Assembly (NCBI GenBank): GCA_023334545.1
Contig: JAADVB010000122.1
Coordinates: 1-53,163 of the forward strand
Direction: 5' to 3'
Length of the DNA: 53,163 bases
Origin: Salisapilia sapeloensis CBS 127946
Lineage: Eukaryota > Protista > Oomycota
Both the position numbers and the translations under genes were made by a program. This document shows positions 1 through 10,630 of the stretch, in pieces. Position 1 is the stretch's first letter. Every line of letters starts with the position of its first letter. The notes beneath the pieces are model-generated. The model was not told the DNA's origin, made no database searches, and was given only the letters and a program-made list of their open reading frames with translations.

Positions 1-21
1 AACAGGAATGTCAGAGCACGT

Positions 22-540
22 GATCGTTTGCCTTTGATGCAATCAGGAGGAAACGATCTTCAAGAAGACTTCAAGTCACGCCTGGTGCTCGACTGGTGCA
101 AATTCGGAAAAGCGCGCGAAACAGTCGCTTCTTTGGTGAGCCCTTCGATTTACTTGCGCTATCGAGCTCTTCGCTATTATTTCGGAACAGGCGAAATTCA
201 GGGTGGACGGTATAATTTAGCGATATATGTGACTTACACTGTACGCCGTCACACTAAAATGTCGAAGAGCTCAATAGCGGAAGTAAATCGAATGCAACTT
301 CAATCTAAATGACTTCGACGAGAAACTACGATACGCTCGACGGTATGCCCCGCCAAAGCATGACAGAGATACGTACGATAGACGTGAAAGGAATTGAAAG
401 ATGGATAGCGACGTAAGAGCAGCACGAACCGCCAAAGACTCAGACATTGATTTCTATTGTAGTTTTTGTGTGTCTACTCACATAATGCCTTTAATGCCGT
501 GCATACTACTCGAATATCTGCTCAACGAACACAGCTTATT
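22..540. repeat. Degenerate dispersed repeat, copy A (possible transposon relic)
   Basis: Collinear similarity to 14592-15010. Block 46-117 matches 14615-14686 at 62/72 nt by manual count. Further shared blocks lie near 227-370 and 478-540. Copy A carries extra sequence at about 127-226. Confidence 0.75.
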
Positions 541-1471
541 CTATTCTTGCTTACTTTTGGTTATGCTGCTAGGTTGACTCTTAGATATGCTGACAATTTA
601 CCCTTAAATAGTACCCTGATTCCTTAGCACCTTCCACTATGGCCATGACATATGGAGATTGATGGGAAAATAGACGAAAATTTCCTATTTATAAACCCTG
701 TCATACACTCTCCATAAGAGGAAGGATATATTGGTTCTCAAGCGACTCTAAAAACCCTGCATCTTTAATTTAGATTTAATTAGACCATATTATGACAGAT
801 ATACGTCTGTCAACCTAGTCGACTGTAACATGAGCGAACTAGACGCTTTGGTTTTTTTCGAGACAACGAACGTCAACTTCATTTAGAAAGCTAGTGCCAA
901 CTCTTTTATACTCTTTTGGCGCTCGCTCGCTTTGAAGATAAACTTTAGTCTTCCTCTCCTCTATATCTTCTTACTTCCAACCAGAATTTGCGCACTAGAC
1001 CTCGCATACAGTAGTGGAAACCGATGAATGCTGGAAAGCGACTGGAAAGCTATAGAGTTGAAGTTGCGAGGAGAGTATCAGTAAATTGCCATCAGACGAT
1101 GAGGGACGCTGGAAGAGTATGCTAAACAAAGTTTCCACTTGCAATTGATTCCATTGCGCAAGGTATCAATAAAGATCTCATAGCTTTCACTATACGAAAT
1201 GAAGCATGCACAGTAAAATTGGCAAGGCGCCAACTCCAACGCTATCTTTTTGGCATGCATATTCTTTCTGATTGGCTTTAAATACATAATAAAAACAAAT
1301 CATATTGAAATAAAGAAGCTTTTTCACCAATCACATAGATTTCAATGTACAATTAGAGGTCCAAAACCTCGCCAAATTGTACAGATTCAATTGAAATTGA
1401 CAACATACAAACTTTCATTTAGCCTACAGCTATCTTAAAAGCCTTCGGGAGGTATCGTCATCGATTCAATA

Positions 1472-2860
1472 ATGAAGTCGCTAGTGATCGCAGGAGGAGG
1501 CGTTGTGGGCATTGCAATCGCCCGACGTGCCGCGAAGCAAGGGATGAATGTCTTCTTGACGGAGCAGAACCTCGCTCTTGGTATGGAGACAAGCTCTCGG
1601 AACAGTGAAGTCATTCATGGTACGCTTTCTGTCATTAACGACGAAAGTATCATTTATCTTATTCTTCCTATGTAGCTGGGATTTACTACCCCAAAGATAG
1701 TTGGAAAGCGGACTTGTGTGTCCGAGGACGAAGGATGCTCTACGATTTCTGCAAAGTTTATGAAGTACCTCATGCACGATGTGGCAAAGTGATCGTCGCG
1801 CAGGAGCACCAAGTAGGTAAATAGAAAGTAGGTAGAGATAAGTATATTAAAAGTTTCGTATAGACGAATCAACTGCGTGAGCTCGCATATAAGGGAAACG
1901 AGAATGGTGTGGAAGGACTGAGGTTACTATCGAAAGCAGAGTTGCAAGAGATGGAGCCTCACGTGGATGGACAGGAAGCGTTGTACTCTCCCAACACCGG
2001 CATCGTCGATTCCCATATACTCATGCAGACGCTCCAGAGCGATGCAGAGGAGCATGGAGCGATGATAGCATTAGGCACGACTGTAGAAAGTGGCGTGTAT
2101 AACGATGAGACATCGTCCTTCGAACTGCAAGTCCGCCAAGATGGTACTGCCGACACGATCCAATGCGACTACTTTGTCAATGCCACTGGTATCTTCGCAC
2201 CGGATTTAGCACGAAAGGTCGTACATAAAGGCATGAAGCTACCTGACAAGTATCCAGTTGTACCCTCACAACTCGCGAAAGGCACCTACTTCAAATTGAA
2301 GCCAAGCTTGCGCCCCTTCAGGTATTTCTACTAGCCTCATGTCGTTTCATACGTTGCCTGAACCGAGGAACTAGTCACTTGGTGTACCCACTGCCGGAAA
2401 TTGGTGGACTGGGTGTCCACGCGACACTGGATTTAGAAGGTGCCGTTCGCTTTGGCCCTGATGTTGAGTGGGTTGACAAAGTAGATTATCGGGTACGCCA
2501 GTGCAGGTATCGTCCAGACGCTTCAATTACTTACGTCATGTTGGGTATAGCCGGATGAAGGGAAAGCTAGTATCTTTGCGGAGCGAATAAGACAGTATTG
2601 GCGAGGAATCAAGGAAGAGGACTTGACAGTCGACTATTGTGGCATTAGACCAAAGATTGAGATGGATGGGGATATGTATCATGACTTTTACATTGCGGTA
2701 TGCGGTTAATTTCGAAGGGAAGAGTGGGAACTAAGAAACGTTGTAGGATCGACGGAAACATCAAGTTCCTGGTCTCGTCCACCTGTGTGGCGTCGAGTCG
2801 CCAGGCCTGACGTCGTCACTAGCGATTGCTGATACCGTCGTAGATAAGCTTTTAAAGTAA
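1472..2860 (+). CDS. L2HGDH: L-2-hydroxyglutarate dehydrogenase-like FAD oxidoreductase (LhgO/DAO family), 6 exons, 373 aa
   Basis: Motifs: [12 protein letters not shown]-binding, [67 protein letters not shown] introns at 1620-1675, 1813-1863, 2322-2374, 2493-2550 and 2698-2746 join in frame. Confidence 0.92.
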
Positions 2861-3005
2861 ATGAACTCGTAACGCGAATGAGTTGAAGCATGCAGCCACT
2901 TGCATCCGTATGTCTTTTCGGGATCGAAATGTCGATCGCAGTGACGTAATTGCTACCGACCGCCTTCTTTATTCTTTGATCTGCGGTCAAGTACCTCCAT
3001 CCACG

Positions 3006-4284
3006 ATGATGAAGAAACGTCCTGGACCCAAGTTCTTTAGTCCCTTTCCATCTTTCCATCTAAGTCCAGATGAAGAGGGTCGATTGCGAGAATTGGGACC
3101 GACGCTGGTTCAGAATGCAGTGGAGGAGTATAATCAGTTTGTCGAATCAGGGGATAATGCATTGGATCCGGAGCATTGGCGATTCATTCGACAAGATGAG
3201 AACTTGCAAGTGCATAAACGACGGGCAAAGTGTAATCTAGATTCCTTGGCAGTTCGGCGTGCAGAGGAAGAAGCGATCAAGTCTGGTCAGGAAATTACGA
3301 CCGCAGCGATCGTGGACCTTCGATGTCTTGGCACGACCGCTGGCAATCTAGATGTAAGACGTGTCTGTATTGCAACGAAACTATGGGTACTAAATCGATG
3401 GGCAGGATGCAATGTATGGTGTCATCTCCGATACGACCGATGTGATGCGAATCAAGTCGGCTTATGGTGAAGACGGTATTACGGACTGTGCAGTCATGAG
3501 TTCGATCATCGAGCCTAGCGAAGAAGACCCATTTCACTGCATGCATATCAAATGGCGTATTAATGTAAATCCGCTGCCAGCTCGCATCTTGGCAAGGAGA
3601 GACTTTGTCTATCTCGAATATTGTGGGTTTGCTACTTTAACAAACGGCGAGCGCGTTGGGTTCCAGTTGCTGCATAGTATCGATTTCCCACAAGCACCTG
3701 CCTTAGACTGGGCAGTACGTAGCAACATGGCCGTGTGCGGTCTCTATCGGCAAAAGCGCGAGAATACCTTGGAGGTATATGCCTCTGGCATATTTGTCGC
3801 CGGTCAGAACATTCGCCACTTTTTGCCGTACGGGGCTGCTTATGCCGTTGCCATGACACTGTCAGGTCAAGTGCATGTTGCGCATATGAAAAAGCTATCG
3901 TACTTGCTCCAGCAACGATTAGCGAGTGGAGAGATGCCTAATCTATCGGAAACGGAAGCGACGCAATGTCGAATGTGTAAAAAGAAACGAAAGAGAGCAG
4001 GAACGAAAGGGTCGTGTCGCATGTGCCACTACCCTCTATGTGGTTCCTGTCGTGTCGTCAAGAAGTTGTACTTCTTGACACCTGATAAGGCTTTAGAGCA
4101 GCGGAGCGTGACACTCTGTACTGCTTGCATTACGTTTGCTTTAAATGCAGATGCTGCGAGTATCGCTCGTGAGGAAATGTCCATGTCAAGAGGAAGCAGT
4201 ACTTTGCCATATCTCCAGGACATTGGAAATGAACGTAGCAACTCGCGTTCGGGTACAGCGACTTTGTCTCGCTCCATACCGTAA
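3006..4284 (+). CDS. Oomycete START-like plus FYVE-like zinc-finger protein, 2 exons, 408 aa
   Basis: Intron 3354-3405 restores the family motif GNLDDAMYG. RDFVYLE and GERVGFQLLHSIDFP are START-like. C-terminal CxxC...CxxC...CxxC...CxxC (CRMC, CRMC, CGSC, CTAC). Confidence 0.85.
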
Positions 4285-4398
4285 GTGGGCATGTTTGTCT
4301 TGCTAAAGAGACAGGTCATTACGTGAATAGGCCAAGCATGAACAGATTGAAGTAGGTAGCATCGACGATGAAAATGGTAGTGCCTTCGAATTAACAAG

Positions 4399-6399
4399 TT
4401 ACCAAAAGTTGCATCTCTTTTCTTTCGTGCCAAAGTGGTTCATCGGATCCTTGTCCTTGCACTTGAAAGCGTCTGCAAATCCTTTGGTATTCTTCATTAA
4501 TCCGTTGACACGGAAGAGGTTGGGTACCATGACCGCGTTGGCCATTTCTGCATTGAATTGCGCCGACGTCTCTTTAATGCATAGATTCTGGGCAAAAGCA
4601 GTGTAGAATGTTTTCACATCCTCATCACTAATACCCCCATTCGCTTTCTTATAAGCACCAAAGGCAAGTTCGATGGCGCTGACGTCTGCCAGATTTTCAT
4701 CCGCCGCTCGCTTCCCATTTAGTTTCTTCCCATTGCCTTTCCCCGTGTATATTTTGGTAATGCACTCTTCCCTCTGTCGATAGTCACTAGCAGTCGTCCA
4801 GGTCCACCATCCATCTTCCAATGGCGTGCCGTCTTTATCAAAGGCTCTTCCAAGCCTATCCACGACGTGTGTGACTTCACGTGCAAACATGAAGCCCATA
4901 GTCGCATACTGATGAGCTTCCGGCATGTCCGTATCAAAGATCGGAGGCTGTAAGAAGGCTGCAGGTACTACGATACGGTGTACGTTCGGTTCATAGACCG
5001 GACTTTGATGAAGTGCCTTCATCGGCCAAGTTTCCACGTCCACGTCATCGTCCAGCCGAGCCATGTCTTCCGCAAATTTTGCATTCCATATCTTTTTCAT
5101 GTTTTCAAAATATGCATCGGGTTCTAGATCCAGATCACTCGTCCATGCATAGTCATTGCTACCGAGGATGACGTAGAGGTTGTTCATTTTTTCCGTTGCC
5201 ATGTCTTTTGCATCATCATGAAGCCACTTAGTGTTTTCAATACGAGCTTTTGCTTCCTCAATAATGTTATCCGTAATTTCTTTCGCTCGGCTCTTGATAG
5301 TGTCACTCAATGCCTCCTCTGCGAACTTTTCACCAATCCATTCGTTAAAGATTTCCATAGCCTTTGCCTTGCACATATCCTCTCGAGGTATTCGCTGCGT
5401 GTCACCTAGAAGCGCTTTACCAAGGAAATTAAATTGGACGTCGACGACGCTTTGGGAGAGGTATGCTGCAAGGGTGTGTATCAACAAGAAACCCATGTAC
5501 AGCTTCAAGTCTTTCACGTCTCTAATAGCCATGTAGAGTCCATCAAAGTAGCTTTTTCCATGGATGATGATTGTTTGTTTACGGCCCAAGTCTTTGTGTG
5601 AGTTGTCTTCGTTCACTCCTTTGACATAATACTCGAGGAGTTTATTTCTATAAAGTTGTATGATAGAAGTGCGATCCTGTTTGTCTGGGTCGGCAACTTT
5701 GTAATGTTTAAAGATGGTTGCAAGCTTTTGTTCCACATCGACAATGCGTTCGGCCATTTTCGCCGCTCGATCATCATCTTCGTCCAAGTCGCCGTCGTAC
5801 ACACGATCGACAAAGCTCTTCAAGTCAACTACCTCAGTCATGTTCATGACATACTGCTGAACTGCTCCTCGAAACGATTTGAACCAAGCTTTGACCTCAT
5901 AAGCCTCCTCTGTCATTAAAATTTTTTCTCCTGGTTGCATACGTAAGATTGTTTTACTCGAGTCTTCTGGATCTAGCTCGACTTCAGACGTCACGAAGAA
6001 CTGCGGGTATGTCTGCGACAGCTGACCGAGCACTTTGAAACAATCGAAGATATCGTCCGTATCGGCAATGAGATCTAATCCTTCTTGTAATGGACTCGTA
6101 CCGAGTGCATTAATACTCTCCATATCATTGCATGAGGCGATAAAAGCGCTGACTTTATCATCATTTTTTAAAATCCCATCAACAATTTTTTTATTTGCCT
6201 TCAAAACAGCGTTGGAAGTACGAACTTCTCCCACCTGGCCATCCTTTAACTTTGTCTTCTTTAGCCACGTACCACAAGCATGCGTGTAAAAATTTTGACA
6301 CGCTGGCGTCTCTTTTTGCGTCAAATCTTGCATGGAAGAAGGCATCTCCGCGTTGACTAGCGCCAGTAGGACAAGAGTGAAAGCCACAAAGCACTTCAT
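4399..6399 (-). CDS. Secreted peptidase M13 (neprilysin/ECE) family protein with a degenerate zinc motif, 666 aa
   Basis: Signal peptide; ACQNFYTHACGTW; IVVPAAFLQPPIFD; ENLADVSAIELAFGAY; FYTAFAQNLC; FRVNGLMKN..FADAFKC...DPMN; C-terminal C..W. The HExxH position reads REVTH. Confidence 0.9.
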   Translation of the reverse strand: MKCFVAFTLVLLALVNAEMPSSMQDLTQKETPACQNFYTHACGTWLKKTKLKDGQVGEVRTSNAVLKANKKIVDGILKNDDKVSAFIASCNDMESINALGTSPLQEGLDLIADTDDIFDCFKVLGQLSQTYPQFFVTSEVELDPEDSSKTILRMQPGEKILMTEEAYEVKAWFKSFRGAVQQYVMNMTEVVDLKSFVDRVYDGDLDEDDDRAAKMAERIVDVEQKLATIFKHYKVADPDKQDRTSIIQLYRNKLLEYYVKGVNEDNSHKDLGRKQTIIIHGKSYFDGLYMAIRDVKDLKLYMGFLLIHTLAAYLSQSVVDVQFNFLGKALLGDTQRIPREDMCKAKAMEIFNEWIGEKFAEEALSDTIKSRAKEITDNIIEEAKARIENTKWLHDDAKDMATEKMNNLYVILGSNDYAWTSDLDLEPDAYFENMKKIWNAKFAEDMARLDDDVDVETWPMKALHQSPVYEPNVHRIVVPAAFLQPPIFDTDMPEAHQYATMGFMFAREVTHVVDRLGRAFDKDGTPLEDGWWTWTTASDYRQREECITKIYTGKGNGKKLNGKRAADENLADVSAIELAFGAYKKANGGISDEDVKTFYTAFAQNLCIKETSAQFNAEMANAVMVPNLFRVNGLMKNTKGFADAFKCKDKDPMNHFGTKEKRCNFW

Positions 6400-6761
6400 T
6401 TATTCTCGGAATAAGTCGGTATGAAGAAAATGGGGTCGAATCAATCAAGTTTCCATTCCGACCGCGGATGAGATGGGGCTGGCAATTTTGAAGATGTATT
6501 GCAGTTGTTATCAGACAGCTGTTTCGTACGTGTCTAACATAAAAGGGAGGCTACTGACGTGGGTTTCGATGTGTATGACCTGTTAGCAATGGATAGGAAG
6601 ACTTCGCGGTGTCCATGTGCTAGTGTCTTGGACGGTCCATCCAGCATTTACAAGCTAACGCTTGTGCATGCTGACAGCCTTCAATAGAGAGTAGTGATTG
6701 CGAGTCAGTTCGGTCGCTGCAGATGGTGAAGTTCGAACGTGGCTCATCCAAGGTCGGAGCC

Positions 6762-6777
6762 GCTCATTTCTGCTTTT
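6762..6777 (+). promoter_or_regulatory. Oomycete Inr+FPR core promoter element
   Basis: GCTCATTTCTGCTTTT matches the consensus GCTCATTYBNNNWTTY, 16 nt upstream of ATG 6794. This supports that ATG over the TTG start in the ORF track. Confidence 0.7.
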
Positions 6778-6793
6778 TCAATCGACAAGCGAT

Positions 6794-9700
6794 ATGAGGA
6801 TCGCTGCGTGGCTACTCATTGCAATTGCAATGGCGCTCACGGCGGTGACGCAAGCACAATTGCCACCAGGATCGAATTCGGCTTGTGGCAAGGAACGTGT
6901 GCGCAAGTCATGGGATGGCATGACGGACGATGAGAAAACTTTATTCAAGCGAGCATTTTCAAGTGCTATGGGCTCTGGCGAGGTCATGCGCTTCGTCCAG
7001 ACGCACATGGAAATCCAATCGAACCAACAAGCCCATAAAACGTGCGCTTTCATTCCATGGCATCGCCGGTACGTCCTGGCTTTTGAGAACATGCTACGGT
7101 CACAAGGCGATGAGTTTACCTGCGTCACTGTTCCGTACTGGAATGCACTCGCAGACTACAAGCGGCAAGTCAGTGGCGAATGTGAGAACTTGTGGGAGTG
7201 CTCTTCCGTCGTCCGAGAGACGTGTGATGACATTGCGACCACTGAACCAAAGCCCCGAACGATGACAATCAACGGTCGGACGCGTGAAGACTTCCCTTGC
7301 TACGGGAACAGCGAGTTTACGTCCAATCTAAAGAACTATACAGATGACAATGGGGAAGAGATAAACTGTTGGATTCGCGGTGATCACGTCAAGACTCTGA
7401 TTCAAGCAGGTTCCTCGATCTCAGCTGTTGGCAAGCTGATGCAAATCAACAACCATGTCGACTTCTCGTCGCGCATGGAAGGGGCCATCCATGCGGAGAT
7501 ACATAATGCTGCCGGTGGTCTCGTATCGACCTTTGCTGCACCGCACGAACCACTCTTCTGGTTCTGGCACTCGGCCATCGACTTAATAGGTTACACCTAT
7601 CAACGCTGCCATCTCAAGCAGACTGATGACCCATTAACATCTATCTATGGCTTCTCTCAAGAGGATAACTGCAACTTCCGCGACGACCTGGTCATTCCAC
7701 CCACGAACCTCGAGAGTCAGATCATTCAGAACACTGGCAAAGACGACGCGCCAGTCCAGTGCGAAGACGATGACTTGATTGGCAAGTACTATCAACCGCT
7801 GAGTAAGGACCTGAAGGACTTTATCGACTACAACAACGGCAACTTCTTTGAGCAAGAGTACGTCTACTCGTATGAGATGGCATCTGACTTTGCCGAAGAT
7901 TTGCTCGAGAATGATGACTACTGCCAATACGTTCCGCCAGAAGAGCTGGCGAAGAGCTCCAGTGATGATTCGTCAGTGTCTGAAGACAGCTCTAGTGGTA
8001 GTGCTACTGCTTCGTCTAGTGCTAGCGCTTCCACCTCTACCTCTGCTGGTAGCTCCAATTCCGCTAGTGCTAGTGCTTCTAGCTTCACTTCTGGCTCGAC
8101 CTCGAGTGGTGATGCAGTTGAGACTCCAGACGAGACGTCTACGGATGACGACAGTGGTCCGTTTGGTGGTGACATAGTGGCTCCGTCGCTCGCGGATGAC
8201 ATCGACTTTAGTACTTTCGACAGTGCTTCTAATGGTGCTGACTCTCCTTCGATGAGTGATGCTAGTGCGAGTGCTTCTGCTGACGTAGAAACACCTGCTA
8301 GCGGATCAGCTTCGGCACCTAGCTTGGAAACGGGTAGCGAAGAGAATACTTCCTCACCTGACGTGCCCGAGACTGGTGAAGAGGAGACTCCTGCGCCTGA
8401 AGGGGATGCTATCTGGGGCAGCTTTGGTCTATCTTCTGAATTTGGCGACTTGTTCGATGGCGATGCAACGGTTCAGCCAGGTTCTGGTGATGGCGCAATG
8501 GATTCTACACCGGGCTCAATGGATAGATCAATGGGTTCTACCTCGGAAGCAGTTGGCGATAGAAGTGTACCAGCCGATGAAGGTGACTCTTCAAGCACCA
8601 TCTCTCTGCCTCCTGCCTTTGACGCCAGCGTAGGTGACGATGACGAGGGTCCGTTCGAACCGACTAATGGAGTAGACATCTCTCCATCTGATGGGTTTGA
8701 AGCTCTTGAAACGAAGAGCCCTGCACCCGAGAACCCGGAGACTGGTGAAACAGAGGATGCTCCATCAGACGGGTTCGAAGCCGCTGAAGAGGGATCCGCA
8801 GCAGCTGAGGAAGACAAGGCAAATGCAGAGGAGACTCCAGCATCTGAAGAGCCTGAGACGGATGGAGAGGAGACTCCAGTACCTAAAGAGTCTAAGGCTG
8901 ATGGAGAGGAGACTCCAGCTCCTGAAGGAGAAAGTGCGTGGGGTAGCTTTAGCATGTCAAGCTTTGGCAGTTGGTTCGGTAGCGGGGAAGCAGCAGCGTC
9001 GGACTCGGGTAATGAATCGATGGATTCGTCATCTTCCTTGGACTCACTCGATGAGTCGATGTCTGGATCACTCTGCTCGGGATCCTTTGATGACGAAGTG
9101 ACTATACCAGAAAATGAAAGCGCTTCGAGTAGCGCTTCGATGTCTACTAACTTGGAAGTCGACACACATAAGGCTGACCAAGAGCCGTCGAAGTGTGCAA
9201 GCAAAACAAAGAGACCATCTGCTGACACGACACCGACAGAGGATGCCACCTCACCGCCTCCTGAAAACGATCCAGAAACTGGCTCCGAGTCGCACTCGAA
9301 CGATGGAGACACGGCATACCCTGTGCAACCAACTGAGCCACCTACAGAGGAAGAGGATATAGCATACCCTGTGCATACGACTGTACCGCCTGCACCACCT
9401 GCACAGCCTTCGGGGGATGAAGACATGGCCTATCCTGTGCACACGGAAGCGCCAAGTACACCTGAGGAGCCGGAGAATAGCGATGAAGCTTCTACATCGT
9501 CTACGGACGGTGCGGCAGAAGGCGCTACATCAACTTCCGAGGCCTCCACGGCAAGTGCTGAAGCACCAGCTGACGACAAACCGAACTCCATCACGGCGAC
9601 ATGGGATGGTGCCAATCGGTCTGACAATGCCGAGACTGCCCCATGGGAGCAGCCTGCAGACCAGCAGGATACAGTCCAAGCGGATATGTTGTCAGTGCCT

Positions 9701-10402
9701 GAAGGCGCACCGCCTCAACTACCGAACGGACGTGATTCTCCTGCCCCGGAAACGCCAGGAAAGGTGGAGCCTACGGATGGCGCATCGACTGGCGTCATTG
9801 GACATGATGGCAAAGGAGACGTCTGGACGTCGTTCGTGGACGATGGTAAATTGGCAATCAGTGACGGTGACAAGATGAAGGACCTGATGTACGTCAAGTG
9901 GTTCTCTCTCGTGCGCAACTACTTGGACATTCTCTTCCCAGGTGACGTGGGTGAGATCTCTCGACAGCTCGAGATCATCGAGTGTCTGACGTTCAAAAAC
10001 CAATTCGGTCTCCAGAACTTCCCGAAAGACTTTGCCGAAGAGCTTGGTCTCGAGGATACGCGTACGCGATGTCAGCAGATTGTCGATGAATACGCTGAAA
10101 ATGACGATGATAATGTTGCTGTGGAAACCATGTCTTTCAACGCCGAGGACGTGAAGGTGAATGAAGACTTGACACCAGCCCCGTCGATGGACCCAGAGAT
10201 GGCATATATTAAGACACAGACGGATCCGTCGGACTCCAAGGACTCGGCGTCTGCTTCCGGTGGAAATGCAAGTAAAAGCAAAAGTGAAGCGGATGACAAA
10301 GTCTACAGCTCTACGGATGGAGACTCAGCTGGAAACCTCGCACGTGTGAGTGTCGCGAAGGTCGTTGCAGTACTAACTTCATTGACTGCACTACTACTTT
10401 AA
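6794..10402 (+). CDS. Secreted tyrosinase (type-3 copper) with a long acidic S/T/P/E/D-rich stalk and a probable GPI signal, 1202 aa
   Basis: Signal peptide MRIAAWLLIAIAMALTAVTQA; RVRKSW; CuA H...AHKTCAFIPWHRRYV; VTVPYWN; CuB IHAEIHN...PLFWFWHSAID; hydrophobic C-terminal tail VVAVLTSLTALLL. Confidence 0.9.
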   Translation: MRIAAWLLIAIAMALTAVTQAQLPPGSNSACGKERVRKSWDGMTDDEKTLFKRAFSSAMGSGEVMRFVQTHMEIQSNQQAHKTCAFIPWHRRYVLAFENMLRSQGDEFTCVTVPYWNALADYKRQVSGECENLWECSSVVRETCDDIATTEPKPRTMTINGRTREDFPCYGNSEFTSNLKNYTDDNGEEINCWIRGDHVKTLIQAGSSISAVGKLMQINNHVDFSSRMEGAIHAEIHNAAGGLVSTFAAPHEPLFWFWHSAIDLIGYTYQRCHLKQTDDPLTSIYGFSQEDNCNFRDDLVIPPTNLESQIIQNTGKDDAPVQCEDDDLIGKYYQPLSKDLKDFIDYNNGNFFEQEYVYSYEMASDFAEDLLENDDYCQYVPPEELAKSSSDDSSVSEDSSSGSATASSSASASTSTSAGSSNSASASASSFTSGSTSSGDAVETPDETSTDDDSGPFGGDIVAPSLADDIDFSTFDSASNGADSPSMSDASASASADVETPASGSASAPSLETGSEENTSSPDVPETGEEETPAPEGDAIWGSFGLSSEFGDLFDGDATVQPGSGDGAMDSTPGSMDRSMGSTSEAVGDRSVPADEGDSSSTISLPPAFDASVGDDDEGPFEPTNGVDISPSDGFEALETKSPAPENPETGETEDAPSDGFEAAEEGSAAAEEDKANAEETPASEEPETDGEETPVPKESKADGEETPAPEGESAWGSFSMSSFGSWFGSGEAAASDSGNESMDSSSSLDSLDESMSGSLCSGSFDDEVTIPENESASSSASMSTNLEVDTHKADQEPSKCASKTKRPSADTTPTEDATSPPPENDPETGSESHSNDGDTAYPVQPTEPPTEEEDIAYPVHTTVPPAPPAQPSGDEDMAYPVHTEAPSTPEEPENSDEASTSSTDGAAEGATSTSEASTASAEAPADDKPNSITATWDGANRSDNAETAPWEQPADQQDTVQADMLSVPEGAPPQLPNGRDSPAPETPGKVEPTDGASTGVIGHDGKGDVWTSFVDDGKLAISDGDKMKDLMYVKWFSLVRNYLDILFPGDVGEISRQLEIIECLTFKNQFGLQNFPKDFAEELGLEDTRTRCQQIVDEYAENDDDNVAVETMSFNAEDVKVNEDLTPAPSMDPEMAYIKTQTDPSDSKDSASASGGNASKSKSEADDKVYSSTDGDSAGNLARVSVAKVVAVLTSLTALLL

Positions 10403-10630
10403 GTAGATATCTGACTTTTACAATGCAGTAACACTAGCTACCATTAAACTCATTGACGTGCTTGTGGACATTTCATACTTCATTTGTACTTGTGATCGTT
10501 TCTTGTGCACTTCCTGTCGTATCCCATGCCTACGTGTCCGTCTTGAACGACTGCTGAAGATATGAGAAACGGATCCTCGGGGTTTCACGTCCGTCGCAAC
10601 AGTCTCTTTTTCCTTCGATCGTACAAGACG

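Noticed and set aside
28-312. 94-aa ORF at the window start
   Set aside because: It lies in the degenerate repeat, and the homologous frame in copy B contains stops.
793-812. 7-bp hairpin TGACAGA/TCTGTCA, and a similar 7-bp stem at 19533-19552
   Set aside because: Stems this short are expected by chance in 53 kb, and intrinsic terminators are not relevant in a eukaryote.
6698-6793. ORF-track TTG start for the tyrosinase
   Set aside because: The Inr/FPR element at 6762-6777 and the signal peptide place the start at ATG 6794.
8473-9426. 317-aa minus-strand ORF
   Set aside because: Antisense shadow of the low-complexity tyrosinase stalk; Ser/Gly-rich with no motifs.
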